A stretch of 64,000 nucleotides of DNA from a bacterium (GTDB taxonomy: Bacteria > UBA8248 > JACPRG01 > G963555815). The stretch is from assembly GCA_963555815.3 (NCBI GenBank), contig CAUVWX020000002.1:128001-192000 (forward strand). Reading direction: 5' to 3'. The notes below the pieces were generated by a model. It was not told the origin of the DNA. It saw only the letters and a program-made list of their open reading frames with translations, and did not search any database. This document shows, one piece after another, positions 9,608 to 19,950 of this stretch. The position numbers and the translations under genes are program-made. How positions within the stretch are numbered: position 1 is the first letter of the stretch; the number at the start of each line of letters is the position of its first letter.

Positions 9608-10544
9608 TCCCTCCATGCTGCGCCTGGGCACCCGGGGAAGCCCCCTCGCGCTTCGCCAGGCGGAAGAGGTCCGCCGAGCACTGGAGGCCTCCCACCCGGG
9701 CCTCAGACTAAAACTCGTCACCATCAAGACACATGGCGATCACGTGAAGGAGATCCCTCTCCCCCAACTGGGTGTTAAGGGGATCTTCGCTAAGGAGATC
9801 GAAGAGGCCCTTCTCCGGGAAGAGATTGATGTGGCCGTTCACAGCTTGAAGGATCTCCCGACCGTCCTCCCAGAAGGCCTTTGCATTGGGGCCGTCACAA
9901 AGCGCGAAGACCCCCGGGATGCTCTTATCTCAAGGGGAGACAAAGGCCTCTCTTCCCTGCCTCAAGGGGCCCGCGTGGGGACGAGCAGCCTTCGGCGTGG
10001 GGCGCAACTCCTGGCCCACCGGCCGGACCTCACTGTCGTCCCCCTTCGGGGCAATCTCGACACGCGCCTTCGAAAGCTGGGGGCGGGCGACGTGGACGCC
10101 CTGGTGGTGGCCGCCGCGGGCTTGATCCGGATGGGTTGGAGGGACCGCGTGTCCGAGTTCCTTCCCTTCGAAATTTCACTTCCGGCACCGGGGCAGGGGG
10201 CGCTCGCTCTGGAGATGAGGAGCGATGGCGAGGCCCTTGCACGCTCTCTGGACCATCTGCCCACCCGGCAGGCCACTGAGGCAGAACGGGCCTTCCTAGG
10301 GCGCCTGGAAGGGGGTTGTCAGGTCCCCATCGGGGCCTTCGGCCAGATAGAGGGTGACACACTTCGCCTTTCGGGTTGTGTGGCGAGCCCGGATGGAAGG
10401 AAGATCCTTAGGGGGTCGGTCAAAGGTTCTCCAGGGGCCCCCCAGTCTCTCGGAGACCAGCTGGCCGAGCAACTTCTGGCAGAGGGAGCCGCTGAGATTT
10501 TAGAGGGGATCCGGTCTCACTCCGGGAACAGTGGGGCGGAGTAA
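9600..10544 (+). CDS. hemC: Hydroxymethylbilane synthase (porphobilinogen deaminase)
   Basis: LGTRGSPLA, VHSLKD, GTSSLRR, RGNLDTRL and LEGGCQVP motifs; ATG at 9600 overlaps the end of hemA. Confidence 0.96.
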   Translation: MTDPSMLRLGTRGSPLALRQAEEVRRALEASHPGLRLKLVTIKTHGDHVKEIPLPQLGVKGIFAKEIEEALLREEIDVAVHSLKDLPTVLPEGLCIGAVTKREDPRDALISRGDKGLSSLPQGARVGTSSLRRGAQLLAHRPDLTVVPLRGNLDTRLRKLGAGDVDALVVAAAGLIRMGWRDRVSEFLPFEISLPAPGQGALALEMRSDGEALARSLDHLPTRQATEAERAFLGRLEGGCQVPIGAFGQIEGDTLRLSGCVASPDGRKILRGSVKGSPGAPQSLGDQLAEQLLAEGAAEILEGIRSHSGNSGAE

Positions 10545-10552
10545 ATAAGCAG

Positions 10553-12103
10553 ATGGGTACAGAAGGAATTGTATATCTCGTAGGGGCTGGCCCCGGGGAC
10601 CCGGGGCTTCTCACCCTGAGGGGGGCCGAGTGTCTTCGAAAGGCCGATGTGGTGATTTACGACCATCTGGCGAACCCAGATCTCCTCTCTCACGCGCGGG
10701 AGGAAGCGGAGAAGATCTATGCCGGAAAGGAGGGGGGCCGTCACACGTTGAAGCAGGATGAGATCAACCGGCTCATGGTGGAGCGCGCCGGGGCGGGTCT
10801 GAAGGTGGTCCGCCTCAAAGGCGGGGATCCGTTCCTCTTCGGCCGGGGGGGAGAGGAGGCGGAATTTTTGGTTGAGGCGGGGGTTCCCTTCGAGGTGATC
10901 CCGGGTGTGAGCTCCGCCCTGGCCGCCCCGGCCTACGCCGGAATCCCCCTCACCCACCGGGACCGATCCTCGTCAGCTGCCTTTGTGACGGGCCACGCCG
11001 CTGAGGGGAAGCCGGGGCTTTCTTTCTCGTGGGAGGGCCTGGCGAGAGGGGTCGAGACCCTTGTCTTTCTCATGGGTGTTGGAAATCTCTCTGAGATCTC
11101 CGAACGCCTCATGGCGGCGGGGAGGTCTGCCGAGACTCCGATTGCTGTCATCCGCTGGGGCACCACCCCCCAGCAGGAGACCGTCACGGGGACTTTGGGG
11201 GATATCGTCAGCAAGGTCCAGAAGGCGGAGCTTGGACCCCCAGGCGTTATCGTCGTCGGAGAAGTGGTGGGGCTTCGCGACCGACTGAATTGGTTTGAGA
11301 GGAGGCCCCTCTTTGGAAATCGCATTGTCGTGACCCGGGCCCGGGAGCAGGCGAGCGCCTTTGCCGATCTCCTTCGGGCATACGGGGCCGACGTGGTGGA
11401 GTTTCCCACCATCTCCATCTCCCCCCCTGACGGTTGGGAGTTTCTTGATGCGGCCATCGACCGTTTGGATGTGTACGATTGGGTGGTTTTCACCAGTGTC
11501 AACGGGGTCCGGTTTTTCCTGGAGCGTCTAAAAGTCTCGGGGAAAGACGCCCGGGCCCTTTCGCAAAAAAAGCTCTGCGCCATCGGTCCGGCGACGAGGG
11601 CCGCCCTCGAGGGGGTCGGCCTTCGGGCAGATCTGATCCCCGAGAATTATCGGGCCGAAGGGATCCTGGCCGCGCTCAGGGAAGAGGAGATTCGGGGAAA
11701 GCATTTCCTGATTGCCCGGGCGGCGGCGGCCCGAGAAGTGCTCCCTCAGGAGCTTCGCCGCCGGGGAGCTCAGGTCGATGTGGTGGAGTGCTACCGGACC
11801 GAACCGGGCCCTGGAGGGACAAAGGGACGGGAGCTTCTTCTGAAGGGTGGGATCGATCTCGTGACCTTCACCAGTTCCTCCACGGTTGAGAATTTCGCAG
11901 CGATGTTCAGCCGGGATGAATTGGAGCGGATCCGGGGGAATTTCAGGGTGGCCGCCATCGGTCCCATTACGGCGGAGCGGGCAAGGGATCTTGGCCTGAC
12001 GCCTGATCTTGTAGCGGATGAATATACCGTGCCCGCCCTCACCGAGGCTATCGTGAAGGCCCTTGGAAGGCTTGAGCCATCGGCGCCCCCCACCTCACAG
12101 TGA
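10553..12103 (+). CDS. cobA: Uroporphyrinogen-III C-methyltransferase / uroporphyrinogen-III synthase fusion (CobA-HemD)
   Basis: LVGAGPGDPGLLT and RLKGGDPFLFGRGGEE motifs; HemD part has VVTRA, FTSVNGV, FTSSSTV and AIGPITA. Confidence 0.95.
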   Translation: MGTEGIVYLVGAGPGDPGLLTLRGAECLRKADVVIYDHLANPDLLSHAREEAEKIYAGKEGGRHTLKQDEINRLMVERAGAGLKVVRLKGGDPFLFGRGGEEAEFLVEAGVPFEVIPGVSSALAAPAYAGIPLTHRDRSSSAAFVTGHAAEGKPGLSFSWEGLARGVETLVFLMGVGNLSEISERLMAAGRSAETPIAVIRWGTTPQQETVTGTLGDIVSKVQKAELGPPGVIVVGEVVGLRDRLNWFERRPLFGNRIVVTRAREQASAFADLLRAYGADVVEFPTISISPPDGWEFLDAAIDRLDVYDWVVFTSVNGVRFFLERLKVSGKDARALSQKKLCAIGPATRAALEGVGLRADLIPENYRAEGILAALREEEIRGKHFLIARAAAAREVLPQELRRRGAQVDVVECYRTEPGPGGTKGRELLLKGGIDLVTFTSSSTVENFAAMFSRDELERIRGNFRVAAIGPITAERARDLGLTPDLVADEYTVPALTEAIVKALGRLEPSAPPTSQ

Positions 12104-13185
12104 AAACCTCCTGGTCAAAAGGACTGATCTTCTCCTTGGCAGCGGTGGTGATCTTCCCCCTTCTTCTGGAGTATGGCGCCCGGGGGGGATATGACCTGTA
12201 TCAACGCTTCACCGGGAGGCTCAGGGCCAACTACACCCAGAAAGACCCTTACACTCGCTACCGGTTCCGCCCCGACGTCCATTCAGGCCAAGTAGGGGAA
12301 ACCCGTTTTGATACAAATGCACATGGCTTTCGGGGCGAGCATTTTCCCTGGGAACGTCAGGAAGGGGTCACCCGCGTTGTCTTGACCGGCGACTCCGTGA
12401 CCTTTGGTTGGACGGCGAGCGATGACTCCACCACCTATCCCGCCTTTCTTCAGGGGGCACTTGAGCGGCGTTGGCCGGGGAGGCCCGTCGAAGCCATCAA
12501 CGCCGGGATGCCTCGATACCATGCCGGGGATGTGCATGGGCTGGTGGTCTCCCGCCTGGTCTTTACGCTCCCGAACGCCGTCGTCATTTTAGTCGGGGCC
12601 AATGACGTTCTGGACTCTATTGCGACTCCTCCCTCCCTGAAGCCGAAGCGACGGCAGAAACTCCTGGCGAAGAGCCGGTTCTTCTCCTTCCTGAAAGCGG
12701 GGCGGAACGCCCTCATTCCGGAATCCTCTAAGGCCAGGGCCCTGTCCGAGGTGATCCGCCTGCGGGAGGAAGGGGTGAACAACATCTCCTTATCAGCCCT
12801 CATTCAGTATGAGTTGACCCTTCGGTCCATTGTGCGCGCCCTGAAGGGCCAGAAGATTGAGCCTGTCCTCCTCACTTACCCCCTCTTTCTTAAGCAAGAG
12901 ATGAGCGAGGCTGAGAAGGAGCGGATGATCACGTATCTCGTCCGGTATCCGAACTTGAGCTATGCCGGCTGGATCCGCATCAACCGGGAGCTGAGAGAGC
13001 GGACAGAGCGCGTGGGGAGGGAGGAAGGGGCCCTGCTCCTCCCCGGCCATACCGTCCAGGATTTGCGCTACTTCTCCGACCTCTACCACCTCAATGACGA
13101 GGGAAACAAAGCCCTTGCCGAGTTCGTGGCCGACGGGCTATCCGCCCGGTGGCCTGACGGCCAGATCGGACCCTCGGACGAATAA
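12100..13185 (+). CDS. Membrane-anchored SGNH/GDSL hydrolase family protein
   Basis: N-terminal TM; GDSVTFG, INAG, GAND and D..H (DLYH) blocks; GTGA overlap with cobA/hemD. Confidence 0.8.
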   Translation: MKTSWSKGLIFSLAAVVIFPLLLEYGARGGYDLYQRFTGRLRANYTQKDPYTRYRFRPDVHSGQVGETRFDTNAHGFRGEHFPWERQEGVTRVVLTGDSVTFGWTASDDSTTYPAFLQGALERRWPGRPVEAINAGMPRYHAGDVHGLVVSRLVFTLPNAVVILVGANDVLDSIATPPSLKPKRRQKLLAKSRFFSFLKAGRNALIPESSKARALSEVIRLREEGVNNISLSALIQYELTLRSIVRALKGQKIEPVLLTYPLFLKQEMSEAEKERMITYLVRYPNLSYAGWIRINRELRERTERVGREEGALLLPGHTVQDLRYFSDLYHLNDEGNKALAEFVADGLSARWPDGQIGPSDE

Positions 13186-13294
13186 AAACGCAGGAGAGGG
13201 CTTTTGTTTTGGGTTCGGCTCTCGCTATTGGGGGGGGTGTCTATCTCGTGTCTGTGTGTCGGGACAGCGCTAGGGGCGGGGTGAGACGGGCGTT

Positions 13295-13486
13295 TTAGTC
13301 GTAGGATTCCGAATTTTCTTCCTCTACCCTCCGGTAGTGTTCCTGAAACTCTTCAATGAGATGGTCGATATCGTCTTTTGATCTTCTGGCCTGGGATTGG
13401 CGGTAGCGGTAATAGATATAGCTGGCCACAAGGCCCAGGACAAAGCCAACCGCTAGCCCATCGATGAAGATCCGATAGCTCCCCAC
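13295..13486 (-). CDS. Small single-pass membrane protein
   Basis: 63-aa ORF with one TM helix followed by a charged tail; fills an intergenic gap. Confidence 0.5.
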   Translation of the reverse strand: MGSYRIFIDGLAVGFVLGLVASYIYYRYRQSQARRSKDDIDHLIEEFQEHYRRVEEENSESYD

Positions 13487-13808
13487 CGGCCGGGTGCATC
13501 TCCGTTTCTGTAGTAGGAAAGTGGCTTCACCCTACGCAAGGGTGTCCCCACTGTCAACGGGATTGTGAGGTGATGGGACATGGAGCCCCTTCTGCGAAAG
13601 CTGGACCGGCAGAGGGGGGCGCAGGCTCACCAGAGGATGCGAATGCCGGCGGGACCCGAGGGATGGGTTTTGGCGACGGCCTATTAAACCAATGGGTTTT
13701 AGGATTTCTGTGATAGGATGACAGCAGATTTGAAATCAGCTTGGCGCAAGGATGCACTCGGCCTGGGTTTAGTCTTCAGGCGGGGTCGTTAGAGAAAGGG
13801 GAGGTCGC

Positions 13809-15227
13809 TTGGGTCTTAAGGCTGTCCTTTTCGACTTTGGGGGGACGCTGGACGCCGACGGCATCCACTGGGTGGATCGGTTCCGGGACGCATACGCATC
13901 GGCCGGATTCTCCTTTTCCGCCGAGCGGTTCAACCCCGTCTTTTTCGAGGCAGACAGACGGCTTCCCCTTGAACATGACATGCGGGGGAGATCTTTGCGG
14001 GACCTCATCGGGGTCAAGGTGGATCTGCTTCACGAGGGGTTGGGGATTGGCAAGGGAGTGCAAAAGGCTCAGATCGTGGAGTTATTTTATGGCCGGTCGA
14101 AGGAGGCGCTGGAGAGGAACCGCCACATCCTGGACCGGCTCTCTCAGCGCTACCTCCTGGGAGTGGTCTCCAATTTCTGCGGGAATGTAGACGAGGTGTG
14201 TCGGGAGTTCGGACTTTCCTCCTATCTTCAGGTCATCGTGGACTCCTTCCTGGTCAAAGTGAGCAAGCCGGACCCTCGGATCTTCCATCTGGCCCTGGAG
14301 AAGCTGGGGGTTTCGGCCGACGAGGCGGTGTTTGTGGGGGACAATTTCGAACGGGACATCCTGGCGGCAAGGTCAGCGGGCCTCGGCGCCATCTGGCTTC
14401 ATGCCTCCGACGAGGGCCCTTCCAGTTCCTCGAAACCTGTTCAGACCATCCGCAGCCTGACGGAGCTTGAGAACGCCCTCGGGGGTCTAGAGACATCAGG
14501 AGATCTGGGATTGAGCCGGGCGGGGATCCTGGCGGCTGGCGAAGGGTCCCGCCTTCGAGACGCGGGGTTCGAGACTCCGAAGCCTCTCGTCGAGGTCGCA
14601 GGGGTCCCCTTGATCGAGAGAACCCTTCGAGGCCTCATCCAAGCGGGGGCCCGGGAGGTTTTTTGTATCGTGAACGAAGAAGCCTCCCAGGTGGAACGGT
14701 TTCTACTTCGAGGGGATTTTGGGGCCCGAGTGGAGGTCCTCGTCAAAACCACCCCGAGTTCCCTCGCGAGCCTCCTCGCGCTGAAGGACCGGCTATCGGG
14801 CCAGAGGTTTCTCCTGGCGACAGCGGATACGGTCCTCGGCCCCGAGGACTGGGTTGGCTTCGCGCAGGCCGCCTCCCGGATTGAACGGGCGAACGAGGCC
14901 CTCCTAGGGGCCACGACCTTTGTGGACGACGAGAATCCCCTTTGGCTTCGGTCGAGCCCATCAGGAGAAGTCCTGGCCCTGGGTCCCGTTGCGAAAGGGA
15001 GCGGTTGCGTTACTTCGGGCCTTTACGCTTTCCCGCCCGATGTTTTTCAGGTGGCCGAGGCGGTGGCAAAAAAGCCCGGCGCGAGGCTCCGCGACCTTCT
15101 CATCGGCCTGCATCAACGCGGCTGGCAGCTTCAGGCCCATATCGTCCAGAAGGCGGTGGACGTGGACCGGCCAGAGGATATCCGGGCGGCGGAGGCCCTT
15201 CTGGGGGAACTGGAGGGGGCGTCATGA
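13809..15227 (+). CDS. HAD-family phosphatase fused to a sugar-phosphate nucleotidyltransferase domain
   Basis: N-terminal FDFGGTLD, VVSN, KPDPRIF and FVGDN..DI; C-terminal GILAAGEGSRL...KPLVEV and DVD.PED. Confidence 0.85.
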   Translation: MGLKAVLFDFGGTLDADGIHWVDRFRDAYASAGFSFSAERFNPVFFEADRRLPLEHDMRGRSLRDLIGVKVDLLHEGLGIGKGVQKAQIVELFYGRSKEALERNRHILDRLSQRYLLGVVSNFCGNVDEVCREFGLSSYLQVIVDSFLVKVSKPDPRIFHLALEKLGVSADEAVFVGDNFERDILAARSAGLGAIWLHASDEGPSSSSKPVQTIRSLTELENALGGLETSGDLGLSRAGILAAGEGSRLRDAGFETPKPLVEVAGVPLIERTLRGLIQAGAREVFCIVNEEASQVERFLLRGDFGARVEVLVKTTPSSLASLLALKDRLSGQRFLLATADTVLGPEDWVGFAQAASRIERANEALLGATTFVDDENPLWLRSSPSGEVLALGPVAKGSGCVTSGLYAFPPDVFQVAEAVAKKPGARLRDLLIGLHQRGWQLQAHIVQKAVDVDRPEDIRAAEALLGELEGAS

Positions 15228-16108
15228 CGGGCAAGATCCTCTGCGTCCTGAGGGAGCCCCGCTTTTCGCCGGGAAAGGAGAAGGCTGACGAGGCCATCCT
15301 TTGCCTGACCGCCGATTGGTTAACCTCCCGGGGGATAGAGGTGGAGATCCTCTCGGCCGAGACCCTTGTCGAACGCTGGCAGGGAGAAGGGGATGAGGTG
15401 CCAGCTGAACTCATTCTCTCTATGGCCCAGGGGGAAGGCCCCCTTAAAATCCTCAGCCAGTGGGAGTCCCAGGGCGCCCTCGTCCTGAACCGCCCCGGGG
15501 TGGTCTATGAATGTTCTCGTCGAGAGAGGCTTTTGAGGTGTCTTAAGGGACCCGAAGAGAAGGGGAATGTGCAGGGGGAATTCCCCCAGGAGAGATTTCG
15601 CCTCCCAAGGTCTGAGATTGTGGACACCGAAGGCGGGGAAGAGGCTGCGGCGGGATGGACCTTTCCCCTCTGGGTCAAGCGCGCTGACCACCATGGCCTT
15701 GAGCCCGGCGATGTGGTTTTGGCAAAAGGGCCCAAGGGGGCCAGAGAGGCCCTCTTCGCCCTTTCCTCGCGCAGGGTCCAGCGAGTTCTTCTCCAAGAGC
15801 ATATTGAGGGGCAGGTCATCAAGTTTTACGGCGTCGAGGGGGGACGGTTTTGGCGGTGGCGAGGCGAGGTGCAGAAGACTTATCCTCCTTCTTACAGTGA
15901 AGTTCTGCAGAGGCTGGGCCTTCAGGCCTCCCGACGCCTGGGGCTTGACATCTACGGGGGCGATGTCATCTTGACCCCCGAGGGTAAGGTGTGGCTCATT
16001 GACCTCAACGACTGGCCCAGCTTCACGGGCTATCAGGCGGACGCCTCGGACGCAATCGCCGGCTTTGCCCTGGATGGGCTGAGGAAGAAACGCCTTGTCC
16101 AAAACTGA
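15224..16108 (+). CDS. ATP-grasp fold protein
   Basis: ATG at 15224 overlaps the upstream stop (ATGA); FPLWVK, LLQEHIEG..IKFY and YGGD...IDLNDWPSF ATP-grasp motifs. Confidence 0.75.
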   Translation: MTGKILCVLREPRFSPGKEKADEAILCLTADWLTSRGIEVEILSAETLVERWQGEGDEVPAELILSMAQGEGPLKILSQWESQGALVLNRPGVVYECSRRERLLRCLKGPEEKGNVQGEFPQERFRLPRSEIVDTEGGEEAAAGWTFPLWVKRADHHGLEPGDVVLAKGPKGAREALFALSSRRVQRVLLQEHIEGQVIKFYGVEGGRFWRWRGEVQKTYPPSYSEVLQRLGLQASRRLGLDIYGGDVILTPEGKVWLIDLNDWPSFTGYQADASDAIAGFALDGLRKKRLVQN

Positions 16109-17444
16109 CAAGATTCCCCACATCGTCACCGAGGTGCCCGGACCTAAATCCCGATCCCTGTTCGCCCGGGAGGAGCAGTTCCTTGCGCCCGGACTTCAGA
16201 GCATCGCCCTGAAATCCCGCCTCGCCATCGAGCGGGGCGAGGGCTCTCTCCTCACCGATGTGGATGGGAACACTTTCATTGATTTCTCCGCTGGGGTGGG
16301 GGTGGCGAGCCTGGGACACAGCCATCCGGTCTACCGGGAGGCCCTGCGCGCTCAGCTCGACAAAGTCGTGGTCGGCAGTTTCAGCACGGAGGTCCGGGTG
16401 GAGCTGACGGAGCTCATCGCCCGTCTCGCCCCTGGAGATCTCTGCCGCACCCAATTCTATAGCGGTGGGGCCGAGGCTGCGGAGGCCGGTCTGCGACTGG
16501 CGAAATCTCACACCAAGAAATATGAGTTCCTGGGTTTCTGGGGCGGCTTTCACGGCAAGACGGGGGGGGTCTTGGGCCTGATGGGAAGCGACTGGAAGAA
16601 GGGATTGGGGCCCCTCATGCCCGGGCTATCCCTGGCCCCCTATGCCGACTGCTACCGATGCCCCTTCGGGAAGACCTTCCCGGAATGCGATTTCTTCTGT
16701 GTCGATTTCGTGCGCGAGGCGATCGAGTACCAGACCACGGGCCAGTTGGCCGCCCTGGTGGTGGAGCCCATGCAGGGGACTGCGGGCAACGTCATCCCCC
16801 CTCCCGGCTACCTGGCCAAGCTCAAGGAGGTGGCCGAAGAGAACGGGGCCCTTCTCATCGCCGACGAGATGCTGACGGGTTTTGGGCGCACGGGGCGACT
16901 CTTTGGATGTGATCACGACGCTGTCGTCCCGGACATCATGCTCCTTGGAAAGGGGATGGGGTCAGGCTATGCCGTCAGCGCGGTGGTCTCGACAGACGAG
17001 ATCAGCCGGGCCCTGCCCTTCGCTGAGCCGAGCGGGAGCTCGAGCTCCCACGGGGGCAACCCCCTGGCCTCTGCGGCGGCCCTGGTGACCCTCCAGACCG
17101 TGCTGGCTGAGTCGCTGGTGGAAAACTCCGCCCAGGTCGGCGCCTTCTTACTTGACAAATTGAAGGCCTTGGGCGAAAAATATGAATTTATTGGGGATGT
17201 GCGCGGAAAGGGTCTCTTCATCGGTCTGGATCTGGTGAAGGACCGGGCGACCAAGATTCCCCTAGAGAAGGAGGTCACGGAGCGGATCTTTCAGGAGGCC
17301 CTCCGGCGTGGCCTTCTCCTGATGGCTTACAGCTCTAGAGTCCGAATCAACCCCGCCCTCACTCTGACGGGGGAGGTTGCAGAAGCTGGAATCAATGTCC
17401 TTGATGAAGTCTTTGACTACATCCAACGGAACGTCGCGGTCTAA
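16095..17444 (+). CDS. Class III PLP-dependent aminotransferase
   Basis: DVDGNTFIDF, SGGAEA, GFHGKT, EPMQG, LIADEMLTGFGRTG and PDIMLLGKGMG motifs. Confidence 0.92.
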   Translation: MSKTDKIPHIVTEVPGPKSRSLFAREEQFLAPGLQSIALKSRLAIERGEGSLLTDVDGNTFIDFSAGVGVASLGHSHPVYREALRAQLDKVVVGSFSTEVRVELTELIARLAPGDLCRTQFYSGGAEAAEAGLRLAKSHTKKYEFLGFWGGFHGKTGGVLGLMGSDWKKGLGPLMPGLSLAPYADCYRCPFGKTFPECDFFCVDFVREAIEYQTTGQLAALVVEPMQGTAGNVIPPPGYLAKLKEVAEENGALLIADEMLTGFGRTGRLFGCDHDAVVPDIMLLGKGMGSGYAVSAVVSTDEISRALPFAEPSGSSSSHGGNPLASAAALVTLQTVLAESLVENSAQVGAFLLDKLKALGEKYEFIGDVRGKGLFIGLDLVKDRATKIPLEKEVTERIFQEALRRGLLLMAYSSRVRINPALTLTGEVAEAGINVLDEVFDYIQRNVAV

Positions 17445-18483
17445 TGGTTCCCCGTCGGCTCCGGCCCGGGACATCCCGCGGGTGCGCCGATCCCCGTGGG
17501 TGTGGCTTCACCATTTCCTTAACCGGGTCCGGCTGGCCAAGAGCTACTATCGGGGGGAGACCTACGTCTCTGGATTTCCTGCCCACCTTAAGATAGAGCT
17601 CACCAACTACTGTAACCTCGCCTGCACATTTTGTCCCCACGAACAGATGGAGCGTTCCGTCGGTTTTATGAAGATGGACCTCTTCAAGCGGATCGTCGAT
17701 TCAAGCGTCCGCCACGTGGAGTTCATTTACCTCCATTTCATGGGTGAGTCCCTCGTCCACCCCAAGATCTTCGACATGATCGAATATGCCCGAAGCCTGG
17801 GGATCAAGGCAGGCCTCTCCACCAACGCCAGCTTTCTCGATGAGAGACGGGCCCGGGGCCTCCTCACCTCGAATATCGACTTCCTCATCATCTCCTTCGA
17901 GGGGGCGAACCCCGACACCTACGAGGAGGTGCGGCTCAAGGGCTCTTACAAAGAAACCCTCCAGAACATTCAGAGTTTCTATCGCCTCAAGCGGGAGATC
18001 CCAAACGGGGTGACCAGTGCCGTCCAGATGATTCACACGAGCGAGAGCGATGAGGAGGTGGAGGGCTTCCGAGGCCAGTGGCCTGAGGGGGTCATCATCA
18101 AAAAGATCAAGAACTGGGGCGGCCAGATGCCAGAGCTCACAGCCAGTAAGTCCGTCCAGAACCATCTCAGCCCCTGCGCCCTTCCCTGGAAGGAGCTTTC
18201 CATCCTCTGGGACGGAACACTGACGCTCTGCGCGAACACTTACGATCGGGAGGTCGTCCTGGGACACCTAGATGAAGAGTCCCTGCAGGAGGTCTGGAAC
18301 GGTCCCAAGATGCAGGAGATCCGCAGACGCCACGTGGCCCGTCAAGTCAAAGGCATCCCGGTCTGCGAGACTTGCCCCCGCTATTCCTTTGCCCCCGGCC
18401 AATTCCTGATGCGAGACCAGCTCGCCTTAAGGAAGCTTCACTACTTGGGAAACGGGGGGAGCATGAAGACCGCCCTCTCCTAA
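17377..18483 (+). CDS. Radical SAM protein with SPASM/twitch domain (true start probably downstream, e.g. GTG 17482)
   Basis: CNLACTFC (CxxxCxxC), MGE and STNA motifs; C-terminal CALPW..C..CETC. Confidence 0.88.
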   Translation: MQKLESMSLMKSLTTSNGTSRSNGSPSAPARDIPRVRRSPWVWLHHFLNRVRLAKSYYRGETYVSGFPAHLKIELTNYCNLACTFCPHEQMERSVGFMKMDLFKRIVDSSVRHVEFIYLHFMGESLVHPKIFDMIEYARSLGIKAGLSTNASFLDERRARGLLTSNIDFLIISFEGANPDTYEEVRLKGSYKETLQNIQSFYRLKREIPNGVTSAVQMIHTSESDEEVEGFRGQWPEGVIIKKIKNWGGQMPELTASKSVQNHLSPCALPWKELSILWDGTLTLCANTYDREVVLGHLDEESLQEVWNGPKMQEIRRRHVARQVKGIPVCETCPRYSFAPGQFLMRDQLALRKLHYLGNGGSMKTALS

Positions 18484-18498
18484 GCGAGAGGGATCGCG

Positions 18499-19839
18499 TC
18501 AGGCGGTTGGATGTGCGGGGCGGGTGGACCCGAGGCGGGTCCAGAGAAAGACGAGAGTTAGAAAAAAAAGATTCCCACCGATTGCGCTGGCCCAGAGAAA
18601 CCACTCCAGCCTTCCCGCCACCGCCAGGATCAGGATGAGATAGCTAAAGTCGCGCCGCGTCAGGTAATCTGCCAATCTGGCAAGCCAGCTCAGATCCCCC
18701 CGGACTTTTGGGGCATTCATTCCCTCAACGACTGAAACAAAAAAATCCCCTTTGCCGCTTTTGTTCCTCAGGGTCTTCCAGGAGATCCCTCCCGCAGAGA
18801 GCAAGACCCCCAAGCAGGCCAAGGCCCCAAGCCAGATGAAACGGGGCTCGGGGGTCCTCCAGTAGAGGCCGGCGGCGATTCCCCCAAAGACCGCCACATG
18901 GACCAGATTGTCTGCCCAGAGATCGAGCCACCCACCCAGGCGGGTCTGCTGAAATTTCAGGCGGGCGATCTCTCCATCGCATCCGTCCAGGGTGGAGGTG
19001 AACATGAAGAGGAGGGCGCCGATCACTTGGAACCCCCAGAGAGGCTGAGCAATGAAGCCTGCCGATAGGAGGCCAAGCAGGAGTGTGGCCAGCGTCATCT
19101 GGTTGGGGGTGATGGAGGTTCGGGCGAAGCGCCGGGTCATGGCGAGAGAGATGGGTCGATCCAGGCGTCGGGCGAGGAAGCTGTCGGTCTTTTTGCCCAG
19201 TTCCCGAAAGAGTCGCTCCTCTGCTCGGGGAATGTCGTCGGGGGAGGCAACGGCCACCCAACAGGCATCTTCGGCCGGGAGATACTCGACCTGTGATCCC
19301 TCCAAGGTCCTGAGCCATCGCTCGGGCAAAGGGCCCGCCCCTTCGTTCAGGGCCTTCCCGAGCTTTGCGGCCATCCCGGGCCCGCAGATTGAAACCCCGG
19401 AAAAGCGCTCAAGGAGGTTTCCTTCTCCCTCTCGGGTCAGAAGCTGGACGCCGTCATGGGGAGGGTCTTCGGCGGGTAGGTCTTTCAGGAGTTCGGCCTC
19501 TAAGAGACGATCCGCGAAGACCAGGAGAAAGGGGGCCTTTTCTGCAAAGACTAACCCCTCTTCGGTGTTGTATAGAGGGATGTCTCTCAACCTCTTGTCT
19601 TTGGCGAGATCGGCCAGGAGAGGCTCGGGGGACCCTTCAAAGACTACGGCGAGGGGATCTGCTCCAAGCAGGCGAAGGAGGAGGAGCGTTCGCCTGAGGA
19701 GGCTGAGGCCGCCAATCTGCAGGAGGCAGGGGCTGGAAGTGGTCTGAGTGGGGCTTTTTGGCGGCAAGGGGGCCAAGACAAGGGTTCGACGGGACCTCAC
19801 ATGATTGCTCTCCCCCCGGTTTCGCTCTGTAGGCACCAT
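18499..19839 (-). CDS. CDP-alcohol phosphatidyltransferase with a degenerate N-terminal nucleotidyltransferase-like domain
   Basis: ITPNQMT and LDGCDGEIARLK....GGWLD..AD signature; N-terminal IGGLSLLRR segment. Confidence 0.88.
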   Translation of the reverse strand: MVPTERNRGESNHVRSRRTLVLAPLPPKSPTQTTSSPCLLQIGGLSLLRRTLLLLRLLGADPLAVVFEGSPEPLLADLAKDKRLRDIPLYNTEEGLVFAEKAPFLLVFADRLLEAELLKDLPAEDPPHDGVQLLTREGEGNLLERFSGVSICGPGMAAKLGKALNEGAGPLPERWLRTLEGSQVEYLPAEDACWVAVASPDDIPRAEERLFRELGKKTDSFLARRLDRPISLAMTRRFARTSITPNQMTLATLLLGLLSAGFIAQPLWGFQVIGALLFMFTSTLDGCDGEIARLKFQQTRLGGWLDLWADNLVHVAVFGGIAAGLYWRTPEPRFIWLGALACLGVLLSAGGISWKTLRNKSGKGDFFVSVVEGMNAPKVRGDLSWLARLADYLTRRDFSYLILILAVAGRLEWFLWASAIGGNLFFLTLVFLWTRLGSTRPAHPTA

Positions 19840-19950
19840 ATGATGGCGGACCTCCTTTTTATATAATATCTTGCCACGTTCGGGGGTGTGAATGGTAACG
19901 GTCTCTCAAAAGGTGTTGGCGGCCGCACGGGCCGCTGGAGATGGGCGGTC

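Noticed and set aside
7324..9727. Long antisense ORFs (7324-8352, 8615-9727) and similar shadow ORFs elsewhere
   Set aside because: They lie opposite well-supported genes; such ORFs are expected in high-GC DNA and show no motifs.
13741..13756. TTGGCGCAAGGATGCA as a sigma54 promoter
   Set aside because: The GG-to-GC spacing is 9 nt rather than the required 10.
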